Shown here: one piece after another, positions 40,263 through 48,364 of the stretch
Layout of the letters: the number at the start of each line of letters is the position of its first letter
Position numbering within the stretch: the first letter of the stretch is position 1
IMG/VR virus record: IMGVR_UViG_3300045006_000427
Location: 1-53,239 of that record
Reading direction: 5' to 3' (one strand)
Origin: a virus
Taxonomy: Duplodnaviria > Caudoviricetes
Length of the DNA: 53,239 nucleotides
The notes under the pieces: model-generated
Databases searched by the model: none
What the model saw: the letters and a program-made list of their open reading frames with translations, nothing else
What the model was told of the DNA's origin: nothing
Translations under genes and position numbers: made by a program

Positions 40263-40885
40263 ATGCTGTGAACAAATTTCTGCTTCGTGAGTATTTTGCT
40301 TTGTGTCCAGGGGGAGTCTGCAAAGATCTGCTTACAGAAGAGGAAAAACGCGATATAGGTCACGGAGCTTATTATCTTACTGGAATTCTACAAGCTGCGG
40401 ATATAGAAAATGGCAATCACAGAGTCTATCCTTATAAGACCCTGAAGCGCGAAATAGATGCTTATGAGAAGTTGGTACGGGAACACAGGGCAGTAGGTGC
40501 TTTGGATCATCCGGATTCTGAAGTTGTAGAGCTTAAGGAAGCTTCTCATGTGGTTACACGTCTCTGGTGGGATGGAAAGAACGTGATGGGAACATTAAAG
40601 ATTCTTTCTACGCCCAATGGCAAGACCTTACGTGCTCTTTGTGAAGATAAAATCCAGCTAGGCATCTCTTCAAGATCCCTTGGAACTCTAAAAGAGGAAG
40701 GTGGCGTTTCTATGGTAGAAGAAAGTCTAGAGCTTATTTGTTTTGATGTTGTTCACGAGCCTAGCACTCCAGGAGCCTTTCTTAAGCCTCAAATGGTTAC
40801 AGAGAGCATGATTAGAAATATTCGCGGGAATTTCACCAAATCAGATAGACTTAATAGGTTAATGTTAAAGATTTTGGAGGGATAA
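40259..40885 (+). CDS. Prohead maturation protease (T4 gp21-like)
   Basis: 'GILQAAD.ENGNHRVYP', 'GALDHP', 'SH', 'STPNG', 'LGISSRSLG', 'FDVVHEPSTPGAF'. Confidence 0.95.
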   Translation: MNAVNKFLLREYFALCPGGVCKDLLTEEEKRDIGHGAYYLTGILQAADIENGNHRVYPYKTLKREIDAYEKLVREHRAVGALDHPDSEVVELKEASHVVTRLWWDGKNVMGTLKILSTPNGKTLRALCEDKIQLGISSRSLGTLKEEGGVSMVEESLELICFDVVHEPSTPGAFLKPQMVTESMIRNIRGNFTKSDRLNRLMLKILEG

Positions 40886-40890
40886 CAATC

Positions 40891-41175
40891 ATGGTCAAAT
40901 CAACAAAGCCCACATGGAAGAAACTAATTCAAGAAGAAGTGCATAAGATTTTTGAGAATTATTTTGGTGCGGATCGCAGGGAGCCAACCTACAGGCAAAC
41001 GGTGGAAATGCACAATAAAGCTCTGGAAATGGTCCAGCAGCTTCAACAAGAAGGCTATTATGATAGTCAAGTGCTTAAAATAGCTTACATGATGGAGAAT
41101 TCTGTGCGTAACGCCATGATTAAAAACAATAAGGTAATACCCGATATGCCAATGGCGCATGCTGATGATGATTGA
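40891..41175 (+). CDS. Small protein with 'KKLIQEEVHKIFE' motif
   Basis: 94 aa; GGAGG SD. Confidence 0.55.
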   Translation: MVKSTKPTWKKLIQEEVHKIFENYFGADRREPTYRQTVEMHNKALEMVQQLQQEGYYDSQVLKIAYMMENSVRNAMIKNNKVIPDMPMAHADDD

Positions 41176-41189
41176 TAAAGGAGATTGGA

Positions 41190-41717
41190 ATGAAAGAGGT
41201 GTCTAAAATTATCCAGGAAGAACTGGAAAAGGCTCTAACAGAAGCAGACCTCCCCAGGGTTGCCAAGGCTGCCATTAAGGTTCTTCCTCCTGGTACCAAG
41301 GTTAATATTAATAGGATAGTTGGTAGTGGCAAGATTGATAGATACGTGCCAGTTAATCAATATTATGTTCTTCTTGATGGCGGACAGGGTAGAATATTTG
41401 TAAATCGGGATGCTATTGAGCCTATTGAATCAACTGCGGTAGCAGATCAAACTTCGGAAACTGCAAAAACCACTTTAAAGCCTCGTGCGGCGACTCCGAC
41501 GAGGCGGCTGCGGGCAGATCAAACTTCGGAAACTGCAAAAACCACTTTAAACGAACTTGAAATCACCAAGGCGGATTGGCTAAAATCTTATCTTGGAATG
41601 TTTCGTAACGCTACGGCGGCAGAGCTTCTTTCCTTTTTGGTGAAACAGGGGTGGCTTGATCGGGAAGATGTCTATGGTATCGCCGGGGCCTGGCGAACTT
41701 TGATGGCGGGAGATTGA
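41190..41717 (+). CDS. Protein with N-terminal 'SKIIQEELEKALTE' motif, SH3/KOW-like domain and internal duplication
   Basis: AAGGAG SD before ATG 41190; 'LPPGTKVNI...GKI...YYVLLDG...FVNRDAIEPI'; ADQTSETAKTTL occurs twice. Confidence 0.6.
   Translation: MKEVSKIIQEELEKALTEADLPRVAKAAIKVLPPGTKVNINRIVGSGKIDRYVPVNQYYVLLDGGQGRIFVNRDAIEPIESTAVADQTSETAKTTLKPRAATPTRRLRADQTSETAKTTLNELEITKADWLKSYLGMFRNATAAELLSFLVKQGWLDREDVYGIAGAWRTLMAGD
41442..41551 (+). repeat. 38-bp direct repeats flanking a 34-bp GC-rich hairpin
   Basis: GCAGATCAAACTTCGGAAACTGCAAAAACCACTTTAAA at 41442-41479 and 41514-41551; stem GCCTCGT/ACGAGGC between them. Confidence 0.9.
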
Positions 41718-41718
41718 A

Positions 41719-41937
41719 ATGAGCATAAATATTAGAATTGAACAAAGATATAGAGATGAAGATTCAGATAGCATCATGCGTAGATTTAGGCGACAAATGA
41801 GAAAAGAAAACATTTTTGAAGAACTGGAAGAGCGTAGGTTCTACCAGAAACCTTCAGAAGTAAGACACAAGGCACATATGCGCAGGAAGAGAATGTTTCA
41901 AAAACAGAAATTAGAACAACGGGCACAGGAGAGATAA
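41719..41937 (+). CDS. rpsU: Phage-encoded 30S ribosomal protein bS21
   Basis: 72 aa, basic; 'EDSDSIMRRFRRQMRKENIFEELEERRFYQKPSEVRH' matches the bS21 pattern (lRRFKr..gi..e...R.fYeKPS..R). Confidence 0.88.
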   Translation: MSINIRIEQRYRDEDSDSIMRRFRRQMRKENIFEELEERRFYQKPSEVRHKAHMRRKRMFQKQKLEQRAQER

Positions 41938-41955
41938 AAAAAGGGAGCTAAAGGG

Positions 41956-42195
41956 ATGAACTTAAGGCAATTAATTCAGGAAGAAACAACAAAAGTATTT
42001 GAAAACGATCAGAAGTCGATTTTGCCAAGTGAAATCTTGTCTGCTGTTTCTGATATTCACGAACGAGCAGACATGGTGTTAGTTCATTGTGAAAAAGGCG
42101 ATAAGAAATCTACAGCTAAAGCTCTAGAACAGCTTTCAGAAGCATGCAGGCAATTTCAGAAACTAGAGCAAGATGTATTTTTGAGATTAAAATGA
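41956..42195 (+). CDS. Small helical protein with N-terminal MNLRQLIQEE motif
   Basis: 79 aa; GGGAG SD inside a cassette-junction-like sequence. Confidence 0.6.
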   Translation: MNLRQLIQEETTKVFENDQKSILPSEILSAVSDIHERADMVLVHCEKGDKKSTAKALEQLSEACRQFQKLEQDVFLRLK

Positions 42196-42617
42196 AACGT
42201 TCAGAATTTAAAACATATTTAAGACCATTAATTGAAGAAGTTCTTAGAGACGCCCTTCTAGAAGGCGGTTTTCTTCAAAAGATTATAACGGAGACCGCAA
42301 GGAGCATGCATCAGGGCTTTGTTTTATCTGAACAAAAACGAGAAATATTGATTCCTTCAAAAGAGGAGGAACAGGAAACTACACCTATGCCTAAGCCTAG
42401 GCTCACGGAAGCAAAAAAAAGATTAATAGATAAGATAGGCAATGAAGCATATGCGGGTGTCTTCGAGGGTGTAGCGCCTGTATCTAGTGCCGATAGTCAG
42501 CCTTCTTATAGTGCATTGCGCGATACAGATCCTTTGGATCCCGGAATTCCCATTGATGGAATTATGAAGATTGCTGGTGGCAAACAAAAATGGCAAGCGC
42601 ATATGGGAAAAAAATAA
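42192..42617 (+). CDS. Hypothetical head-module protein (MKRSEFKTYLRPLIEEVLRDALLE...)
   Basis: ATGA overlap at 42192; several LxE sites (LLE, LSE, LTE). Confidence 0.55.
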   Translation: MKRSEFKTYLRPLIEEVLRDALLEGGFLQKIITETARSMHQGFVLSEQKREILIPSKEEEQETTPMPKPRLTEAKKRLIDKIGNEAYAGVFEGVAPVSSADSQPSYSALRDTDPLDPGIPIDGIMKIAGGKQKWQAHMGKK

Positions 42618-42618
42618 C

Positions 42619-43182
42619 ATGACAAGAGAAGAAATCATCGCTGCTGTTCGTGCTGGCAAGAGCTTGGCAGAAGCGAGCCTCCGGGGAGCAAACCTCCGGG
42701 GGGCAAATCTCCGAGAAGCAAACCTTCGGGAAGCAGATCTCCAAAAGGCGAGCTTCTATGGAGCAAACCTTCAGGGAGCGAGCCTCCAGGGGGCAGATCT
42801 CTATCAAGCAGATCTCTCAGAAGCAAACCTCCGGGAAGCAGATCTCCAGGGAGTATATATGCCGGAAGCGAGCCTTCGGGGAGCAGATCTCCAGGAAGCA
42901 GATCTGCTTTTTATGCTTGCCTCTGATGCCAAGACCACAGGTATCAAGCTTTCCTGGGTACCCAAAAAAGGAGATCTGGTCAAGATACGTCCAGAATATG
43001 CAAATTTCAACAAGAGTACCATTGGCACTCTCCTAGAAGATCCAGATCCAAATCATATATTTAATCCTGTCTCCGTTCGGCTGCACGACAGAGAGATCGA
43101 AGTCAGCATCACCGACATGAAGCCAGCCAGCAAGCTAGAAAAGATCATTCAAGAAGAGCTAAAAAGAGAGCTAAAAAGGTGA
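42619..43182 (+). CDS. Pentapeptide-repeat/SH3-like cassette copy 6 (17 repeats)
   Basis: Start reassigned to MTREEIIAAV at 42619; ends LEKIIQEELKRELKR. Confidence 0.9.
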   Translation: MTREEIIAAVRAGKSLAEASLRGANLRGANLREANLREADLQKASFYGANLQGASLQGADLYQADLSEANLREADLQGVYMPEASLRGADLQEADLLFMLASDAKTTGIKLSWVPKKGDLVKIRPEYANFNKSTIGTLLEDPDPNHIFNPVSVRLHDREIEVSITDMKPASKLEKIIQEELKRELKR

Positions 43183-43454
43183 ATTTAAAGCAATTAATTC
43201 AGGAAGAGATAGCTGTTGCCAGCCTGGAAGAAATTCGAGATCAGATTTCCATTCTAAAAGAAGATTATCCGACGATACAGAAAACGGAAGTTTCATATGA
43301 TCCAGAAAACCAGCTTATCAACGTATGGCTCTATTTGTATAGACCCACGCATTATCATTTTCAAGAACATTGGCGAAATATTGAGGAACGAATATATACT
43401 ATTATAAGGATAATTGCAGGACGTGAAATTCGTCCATATATTCACATAAGATAA
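43179..43454 (+). CDS. Small protein with N-terminal MNLKQLIQEE motif
   Basis: GTGA overlap with cassette 6; 91 aa. Confidence 0.6.
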   Translation: MNLKQLIQEEIAVASLEEIRDQISILKEDYPTIQKTEVSYDPENQLINVWLYLYRPTHYHFQEHWRNIEERIYTIIRIIAGREIRPYIHIR

Positions 43455-43466
43455 GGAGAGTGACTT

Positions 43467-43871
43467 ATGACACCTAATCATTTTTATCAAGCAGGACTAG
43501 GCCACGTAGGCAGTTATCAAGTTGCTGGTTTTCCCTATTTAACAGGATCCTGGCAATGGATTCATAGTGGCTCAGAGGATCATATTGCTTTTCCTGCGGT
43601 GACAAAATCCGTTACGGTCATTAGCAGAGCCAATCCTGATCTTAGAATCCATTTTGAAAGTGCGCAAAGCAATCCTAATGTTTATAGTCATCATCATTAT
43701 GTAACTTTAGCGACCAACGGTGCTTCAGCGACGTTTAATGTTAAATGTACAGATCTTTATATCTCCAACGTAGATGCGAATAGCGGAAGCTACGAGGTTA
43801 TGGCAGAATTAACCGGCATTGCCAGAGAGAACATGTGCATATTGACAGGTTCCGCAGGCATTGGAGATTAA
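43467..43871 (+). CDS. Small beta-rich putative virion (decoration-like) protein
   Basis: 134 aa; AAGGAG SD; 'GLGHVGSYQVAGFPYLTGS', beta-strand pattern, carries TGS/SGS motifs like the tail proteins. Confidence 0.45.
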   Translation: MTPNHFYQAGLGHVGSYQVAGFPYLTGSWQWIHSGSEDHIAFPAVTKSVTVISRANPDLRIHFESAQSNPNVYSHHHYVTLATNGASATFNVKCTDLYISNVDANSGSYEVMAELTGIARENMCILTGSAGIGD

Positions 43872-43880
43872 AAGATAAAT

Positions 43881-43911
43881 TTGGAATTTTAGAAAACATT
43901 AAACTACTTAT
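43881..43911 (+). promoter_or_regulatory. Putative late promoter of scaffold gene (TTGGAATTTTAGAAAA-N7-CTACTTAT)
   Basis: 16-bp element identical to the one upstream of the MCP gene, followed by the recurrent CTA(H)TTA motif. Confidence 0.55.
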
Positions 43912-43936
43912 CTATTGAGATATAGGAGTATTTTAC

Positions 43937-45244
43937 ATGTCAGATATGTTGCAACAAGCAGTAGTCGATGCGGCTGCTTTACGCGAGGCGGCACTACAGA
44001 AGGCACAGACTCTCGTGCTGGAGAAGTATGCCAACAATATTCGTGAAGCGGTAGAACAGATTCTAGAGCGGGTACCCGAAGAGCAGCCAATGCCGATGGG
44101 TGCAAATGCTAGTCTTGCAGGCGGTACCGCTGAAGAACAAAACGGCAGTGAAGAATTAAGCAAACCCGAGGTAACTCCTGGTGTTTTCGATGGTGAGCGA
44201 CTTTGTGATTGTCCTGATAATAATGAAGTAATCGAGCTTGATTTCGCCGATCTTCAAGCAGAAATTGCAAAGGGTGCAGAACCAGGTCCGGGTAGCGAAG
44301 AGCCTCATACCGAAGCTGCTGAAGATATCATGGGATTAAAAGAGAATGTCATGGCTTCGGGTGCCGTGGAAGGTGCGGCTGAATCAACAAAGCCAATAGA
44401 AGAGCTTATGCGTCCTGCGGCTATGGAAGAGAAGTGTGATGAATGTGAAAGCCCGAAACTAGAAGAGTGTGCTTGCTCTGAAAGAGAGCCGATTTCACCA
44501 GCCCCTCAGCCTGCTTCTCCAGTAGCTATTCAGGGAGAATCTGAAGAGATGCTGACTGAAGAAGATATTGCGCTCCTGGAGGGCTATTATGATGCCTTTT
44601 ATGGTGATGATAGTGCAGAATCGCCCGAATCTGAAGAGCTTAAGACCACAGAGGAAACACCTATTCAAGAGACTGTTGTTGTTGATCATCAGCCTGTTCC
44701 TTCTGGTAAATCAGCCTTTCATTCCGGGACAGAAGCAGAACTAGCAGAGGAAGCTGAAAAGAATTTAGCGGCGCTTCAGCACGATACCGAAATGAAAGAA
44801 GAACTTGCGGAACTAAAAAAGGAAGTATCTTCTCTCCAGGAAACAAGAAAATATCTTATTAGCAAAGAGCAGCAATATTTAAAAACTATTAAGGATATTA
44901 GTGGTCAGCTTTCTGAAAGTAATATCAGAAACGCTAGACTGCTTTATTGTAACAAAGCTTTGGTAGATTCCTCGCTAAATGAGCGGCAAAAGCAAAAGCT
45001 CGCGGAGGCAATCTGTAAAGCAAAGACCGTCGAGGAAACAAAAACGCTATATGAGGCGCTTCGAGAGACGCTTCGTGCAATCACAGAGCCTAACAGGGAG
45101 ATGGCAACGAGGAATAAGCCCCTGCGAGAGGCTTTGGTAAGGGATCGCACATCAATGGTGTCCAGAGAAAGCAAAGAAGCAGATCCGTTCTGGGTAGCGC
45201 AAAAACGCCTGGCGGGAATCAAAAAAGAAGAAAAAGAAAACTAA
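43937..45244 (+). CDS. Prohead core/scaffold protein (T4 gp22-like)
   Basis: 435 aa, very acidic, coiled-coil C-terminal half, many LxE sites, ends 'QKRLAGIKK'; directly upstream of MCP. Confidence 0.75.
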   Translation: MSDMLQQAVVDAAALREAALQKAQTLVLEKYANNIREAVEQILERVPEEQPMPMGANASLAGGTAEEQNGSEELSKPEVTPGVFDGERLCDCPDNNEVIELDFADLQAEIAKGAEPGPGSEEPHTEAAEDIMGLKENVMASGAVEGAAESTKPIEELMRPAAMEEKCDECESPKLEECACSEREPISPAPQPASPVAIQGESEEMLTEEDIALLEGYYDAFYGDDSAESPESEELKTTEETPIQETVVVDHQPVPSGKSAFHSGTEAELAEEAEKNLAALQHDTEMKEELAELKKEVSSLQETRKYLISKEQQYLKTIKDISGQLSESNIRNARLLYCNKALVDSSLNERQKQKLAEAICKAKTVEETKTLYEALRETLRAITEPNREMATRNKPLREALVRDRTSMVSRESKEADPFWVAQKRLAGIKKEEKEN

Positions 45245-45246
45245 AA

Positions 45247-45276
45247 TTGGAATTTTAGAAAAAGGATACTATTTAT
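45247..45276 (+). promoter_or_regulatory. Putative late promoter of major capsid gene (TTGGAATTTTAGAAAA-N6-CTATTTAT)
   Basis: Duplicate of the element at 43881; GGAGG SD follows. Confidence 0.55.
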
Positions 45277-45301
45277 ATCTGAATGAGCGGAGGATAATAT
45301 C

Positions 45302-47074
45302 ATGAGTTCACGTATTCTAACTAAACTAACAGAAGGTATCGTCGAGCGTTCCGTCCAACGAGAAGGTTCTGCTCTTCTTGAAAAATGGGAAAAGACGGGA
45401 CTTCTGGAAGGTCTACGATCTGATAATGAAAAAGCCAGTATGGCACGGCTATTGGAGAACCAAGCCAAAGAGCTTTTGAGGGAAGCTACCACAATGGCAG
45501 CCGGGGACGTGGAAGGTTTTGCTTCTGTTGCGTTCCCGATTGTTCGCAGGGTCTTTGCGGGCCTAATTGCAAATGATCTTGTGTCTGTGCAGCCTATGAG
45601 CCTTCCATCAGGGCTTATCTTCTTCCTAGATTTTACCTATACACACGGCAAGACCCATGCTGGTGCAGTAGCAGGGGAATCTCTGTACGGTGGAGGTAAG
45701 GTTGCCAAGGGGATCTCTGAGGGTGTATCCCTGACCGACACCAGCGCCGAAAAGGGCTTCTATAACCTGAACAACGGCTATGCCTCTCCGTCTGGTACTT
45801 TCAATGTGACTGGTGCTGCTGCTCTTGGAGCGGACGACACGTTGGTATCTCGTTCGTGGGGTAGTGCTGTTGATTATAATGCTAAGTTAGGAAACGCCAT
45901 TACTTCGTCATTTGATCAATCACTAGTGCAGTACGATCCAGATATCCTTGCAGATAGTGCAGCTTATTACAAGCTTTATGCTATCGAGCTTTCCGCTGCA
46001 CACTGGGGAGAGCTAAATCTGGATGATATTATAGCAATCGACTTTGGTACCACACATATGAGCGGTGCTACAGTTGTGCGCAGACTGTCAACCGTTCGTT
46101 CACGTACTGCATATCAGCTAAATATGGTCCTTCGAAATACTGTGGATACATGGCCTGATTTGGATGCGGCTACTACTCATGCCTTGCAGTTTGCTCACAA
46201 GGATCAGTTTACCGCTGGTGGGGCGCTTGGTTCTGTGGCGGGTACTCACGAATGGTATCTAGAGGCGCTATCCGGCACTGATCAGGATATCCCGGAAATT
46301 GATCTTAAGGTAGATTCGATTTCGGTTACGGCTGTAACGAAAAAGCTTAAGGCTTCCTGGACGCCTGAACTTGGACAAGATCTAGATGCGTATCATAACC
46401 TGGATGCAGAAGTAGAGCTAACAGGTATTCTCTCTGAGCAGATTGCTCTAGAGATTGACAGGGAAATCATTGTAGACCTGATCAAGGGTGCGACTGCGGG
46501 TACCTATTACTGGTCCCGGCAGCCAGGTAAATTCCTAGAGAGAACTACGGGTACGCCGATTGATAGGAGCCCGACCAGTCTTTCAACGTATCCTGATTTC
46601 ACTGGCAATGTTAGCGAATGGTATGAGACCTTGATTGAAACCATCAATGACGTGTCAGCACAGATCCACCGCAAAGTATTGCGCGGTGGGGCAAACTTCC
46701 TAGTTTGCGGACCAGAAGTGGGTAACATTTTGGAATTCACCAGCGGTTTCCGTGCTAATGTGACTCACGATAAGGAAAAAGGCAACGTAGGTGTTACCAA
46801 CACGGGCAGCCTATCAAAGAAATGGGATGTGTGGGTTGATCCTTATTTCCCACGGAATCTCATTTTGGTAGGTAGAAAAGGTGCAGGATTCCTAGAGAGC
46901 GGCTATGTCTACGCACCTTATGTGCCACTACAGGTCACGCCGACTATCTTTGGGCCTGACGACTTTACTCCCCGCAAGGGCGTAATGACGCGCTATGGCA
47001 AGAAAATGGTTAGACCCGATATGTATGGTCTTGTAATTGTAGAAGACCTACTAGGGGGTGTGTCCTACGCCTAG
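45302..47074 (+). CDS. Major capsid protein (T4 gp23-like)
   Basis: 'LLENQ', 'PIVRRVF', 'VSVQPMSLPSGLIF', 'KKLKASWTPELGQDL', 'EIDREI', 'YAPYVPL', 'FTPRKGVMTRYG'. Confidence 0.97.
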   Translation: MSSRILTKLTEGIVERSVQREGSALLEKWEKTGLLEGLRSDNEKASMARLLENQAKELLREATTMAAGDVEGFASVAFPIVRRVFAGLIANDLVSVQPMSLPSGLIFFLDFTYTHGKTHAGAVAGESLYGGGKVAKGISEGVSLTDTSAEKGFYNLNNGYASPSGTFNVTGAAALGADDTLVSRSWGSAVDYNAKLGNAITSSFDQSLVQYDPDILADSAAYYKLYAIELSAAHWGELNLDDIIAIDFGTTHMSGATVVRRLSTVRSRTAYQLNMVLRNTVDTWPDLDAATTHALQFAHKDQFTAGGALGSVAGTHEWYLEALSGTDQDIPEIDLKVDSISVTAVTKKLKASWTPELGQDLDAYHNLDAEVELTGILSEQIALEIDREIIVDLIKGATAGTYYWSRQPGKFLERTTGTPIDRSPTSLSTYPDFTGNVSEWYETLIETINDVSAQIHRKVLRGGANFLVCGPEVGNILEFTSGFRANVTHDKEKGNVGVTNTGSLSKKWDVWVDPYFPRNLILVGRKGAGFLESGYVYAPYVPLQVTPTIFGPDDFTPRKGVMTRYGKKMVRPDMYGLVIVEDLLGGVSYA

Positions 47075-47107
47075 CCTGAGCTAGTTCCTGATTCTGTTCT
47101 TTTCTTT

Positions 47108-47134
47108 GAAAGCCTGCCCCTCCGGCGGGCTTTC
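47108..47134 (+). terminator. Putative intrinsic terminator / stem-loop after MCP
   Basis: GAAAGCCTGCC-CCTCC-GGCGGGCTTTC, an 11-bp stem with one G-U pair; the U-tract is imperfect. Confidence 0.65.
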
Positions 47135-47218
47135 GTCTTAACAAATCATTTTTTTGTGACATGATGGTATCGGAGAAGACTATTTATGTTAGATGACATA
47201 CAACGAAATTAAGATAAT

Positions 47219-47695
47219 ATGACAAGAAGAGAAATTATCGCTGCTGTTCGTGCTAGCAAGAGCTTGGCAGGAGCAAATCTCCAGGAAACAGATCTCCAGA
47301 GAGCCAGCCTTAAGGAGGCGAACTTCCATGGAGCAAACCTCCGGGGGGCAAATCTCCGAGAAGCAAACCTTCGGGAAGCAGATCTTCAGGGAGCAAACCT
47401 TCAAGAAGCAGATCTGTTTTTTATGTACGCCCATGGTGCCAAGACCACAGGCATCAAGCTCTCTTGGGTTCCTAAGAAAGGAGATCTAGTCAGGGCATAT
47501 CCAGATTATTCAAATCCAAACAAGAGCACCCTCGGCATCCTCCTAGAAGATCCAGATCCAGATTATATATTTAATCGTATCTCCATTCGGCTGCATGATG
47601 AAGAGGTCAAGATCAGCATCGCCCACATGAAGCCAGCCAGCAGGCTAGAAGAGATCATTCAAGAAGAACTAAAAAGAGAGCTAAAAAGATGTTAA
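47219..47695 (+). CDS. Pentapeptide-repeat/SH3-like cassette copy 7 (11 repeats)
   Basis: Same architecture; CTATTTAT motif at 47180. Confidence 0.9.
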   Translation: MTRREIIAAVRASKSLAGANLQETDLQRASLKEANFHGANLRGANLREANLREADLQGANLQEADLFFMYAHGAKTTGIKLSWVPKKGDLVRAYPDYSNPNKSTLGILLEDPDPDYIFNRISIRLHDEEVKISIAHMKPASRLEEIIQEELKRELKRC

Positions 47696-48330
47696 GAAGA
47701 GAAATCATCGCTGCTGTTCGTGCTGGCAAGAGCTTGGCAGGAGCAGATCTCCAGAAGGCCAGCCTCCAGGGAGCATATCTTCATGGGGCGAGCTTCCAAA
47801 GAGCAGATCTTCGGGAGGCAGACCTCCGGAGAGCAAGCCTTCAGGAAGCAGATCTTCAAAGAGCGAACCTCCAGGAAGCAACCCTTCAGGAAGCGAACCT
47901 CCAGAAAGTGAATCTTCAGGAAGCAAACCTCCAGGAAGCAGATTTCTATAGAGCAAGCCTCCAAAAAGCAAACCTCCAGGGAGCAGACCTCCAGGAAGCA
48001 GACCTCCGGGGAGCAGATCTTCAAGAAGCAAACCTCCAGGGAGCAAATCTGCTTTTTATGTTCGCCTCTGAAGCCAAGACCACAGGTATCAAGCTTTCCT
48101 GGGTACCCAAAAAAGGAGATCTGGTCAGGGCATATTCAGATTATTCAAATGCAGACCAGAGCGCTCTCGGCATCCTTCTAGAAGATCCAGATCCAGATCA
48201 TCTATTTAATCCTATCTCCATTCGGCTGCATGATAAGGTAGTTAGGCGCAGCATCATCGACATGAAGCCAGCCAGCATGCTAGAAGAGATCATCCAGGAA
48301 GAACTAGCAACTATTTGTCGAAAGCAATAG
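47689..48330 (+). CDS. Pentapeptide-repeat/SH3-like cassette copy 8 (22 repeats)
   Basis: Same architecture; homology ends right after IIQEEL. Confidence 0.9.
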   Translation: MLRREIIAAVRAGKSLAGADLQKASLQGAYLHGASFQRADLREADLRRASLQEADLQRANLQEATLQEANLQKVNLQEANLQEADFYRASLQKANLQGADLQEADLRGADLQEANLQGANLLFMFASEAKTTGIKLSWVPKKGDLVRAYSDYSNADQSALGILLEDPDPDHLFNPISIRLHDKVVRRSIIDMKPASMLEEIIQEELATICRKQ

Positions 48331-48364
48331 CTTCTTTTTCTGCTTTTTCTTTCTATTTATCTAT

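Noticed and set aside
47075-47218. tRNA or structured ncRNA in the largest intergenic gap
   Set aside because: Only a terminator-like hairpin, a tiny CTAGC/GCTAG hairpin and a promoter-like motif are visible; there is no cloverleaf.
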